From Trichinella spiralis (lineage: Eukaryota): a stretch of 64,000 nucleotides of DNA. The stretch lies in the NCBI RefSeq assembly GCF_000181795.1, contig NW_003526943.1, positions 10,412,789 through 10,476,788 on the forward strand, given 5' to 3'. The translations under genes were made by a program, and so were the position numbers. The notes under the pieces are model-generated. The model was not told the DNA's origin. It saw nothing but the letters and a program-made list of their open reading frames with translations, and did not search any database. Below are positions 62,990-64,000 of this stretch, one piece after another. Positions within the stretch are counted from its first letter, which is position 1. Each line of letters starts with the position of its first letter.

Positions 62990-64000
62990 TATTTTGACCA
63001 ATGAAACGTCAGAATTGAATAATCATTCCAGGAAATGCTTGTCAAAGTGACATTTCATTTGCTGAACATTACTATTGGCTGATAGCATGTATAAAAGCAG
63101 GGCGCATTTGAAGCTCACGCAGAAGCGCAGGCGGATGGCGTTCAGACTGGTTGTTGCTTCGCAACCGCTAGTTTTAATAGGCCATTTGTCATGCAGTGTT
63201 TAAAAATAAAATTGGACCACACAAGATAGATAAAAGAAATTCTGCTGTTTCTGTGGAAAGTGTATAACTGCTTCAACTTTGAAATGGATTTGTACGTTAT
63301 TTGATATATTTCAAAAAAGTATAATAAAAGGAAGAATTAACTTCATGAACATATTAAAAAGGTTTTTGGCAATGAAGATCTCGAATAAGAAATCAGCAAC
63401 ATAAGGACACTGGCAGCTGAACACTTGAAATTCAGTTTATTGCAGAAGAAGAAAAAGAAATTGCAATATAATATGGAACCAGGAAGTTATAAATTATGCC
63501 CTATTTCAGAATAGGTGAATTTCATATTCCCATTTATGAGAAGGAAATTCTAATATATTCAACTTTGTTTTAATTGGATGGATGAAATTAAAATTGAACT
63601 ATAAATGAACGGTCAAGAAACAATGTTGATTTCTTTCATATGATCAGCAGGCGTCTACTGCTTCTGGAAAGTCACATAATTCTGTGGTTTTCATATTTAT
63701 GATCCCATCGACGATTTGAAAGGAAAGGTTAAAAAGTTCTCTAAAATCTGCACAGCAGCATCATCATCAACTTTGATCCATTCAATACCACAACGTTTCA
63801 AACACTCGATTCTGAGTTCCTGTGTGAACGTGAATTGCTAAGAGTCAGAACTACTCTTGAAATTGAAAATAATGTAGAAGCCATTGTCAAGGCAACGTCA
63901 GCAATTTAAAAGAATGAAGAAAACAGTCAAGAAATAAGCAACGAATATGGAACTGCAGGGACCATGCCTGCACAAGGCCACAGCTGTTCCTTCAATGGAC
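62990..64000 (+). pseudogene. Decayed unit B of the same unknown family, inverted relative to unit A; runs off the window
   Basis: Head TGACCAATGA...ACGTCAGAATT...GTCAAAGTGACATTTCATT...ATTGGCT...GTATAAAAGCA is shared with unit A. The remnant reads HEHIKKVFGNEDLE*EISNIRTLAAEHL. Confidence 0.55.

Noticed and set aside
1..64000. Prokaryotic-type systems (CRISPR arrays, defence operons), rRNA and tRNA genes
   Set aside because: The sequence is eukaryotic with spliceosomal introns. No repeat-spacer array or rRNA/tRNA signature was seen by eye.

Overview
AT-rich, intron-containing animal genomic DNA. It is most likely a clade I nematode such as Trichinella; this is inferred from short introns, TTTCAG acceptors just upstream of start codons, operon-like spacing and miRNA content. 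Left end: a tight + strand trio (3' part of derlin-2, intronless PRMT9, a coiled-coil protein) that looks like a trans-spliced operon, converging on a minus-strand kinesin-6 (ZEN-4/MKLP1). Then come a ~420 bp MITE, a LIM-only (LMO) gene on the minus strand and a UBTD1/2-like gene on the plus strand. The ORF-free, microsatellite-rich 38.5-54.5 kb block, which the ORF track does not explain, holds the complete ancestral bilaterian miR-100 / let-7 / miR-125 cluster in canonical order, spread over ~11 kb. It also carries candidate splice signals around each hairpin, a candidate internal TATA promoter and micro-exon, and a nuclear-receptor/Fox motif cluster upstream. A minus-strand class I eIF4E with a short C-terminus follows. 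The right end is a mosaic of diverged repeats, including a head-to-head pair of decayed, promoter-bearing paralogous units of unknown family. All exon structures were read by eye and no database searches were run.
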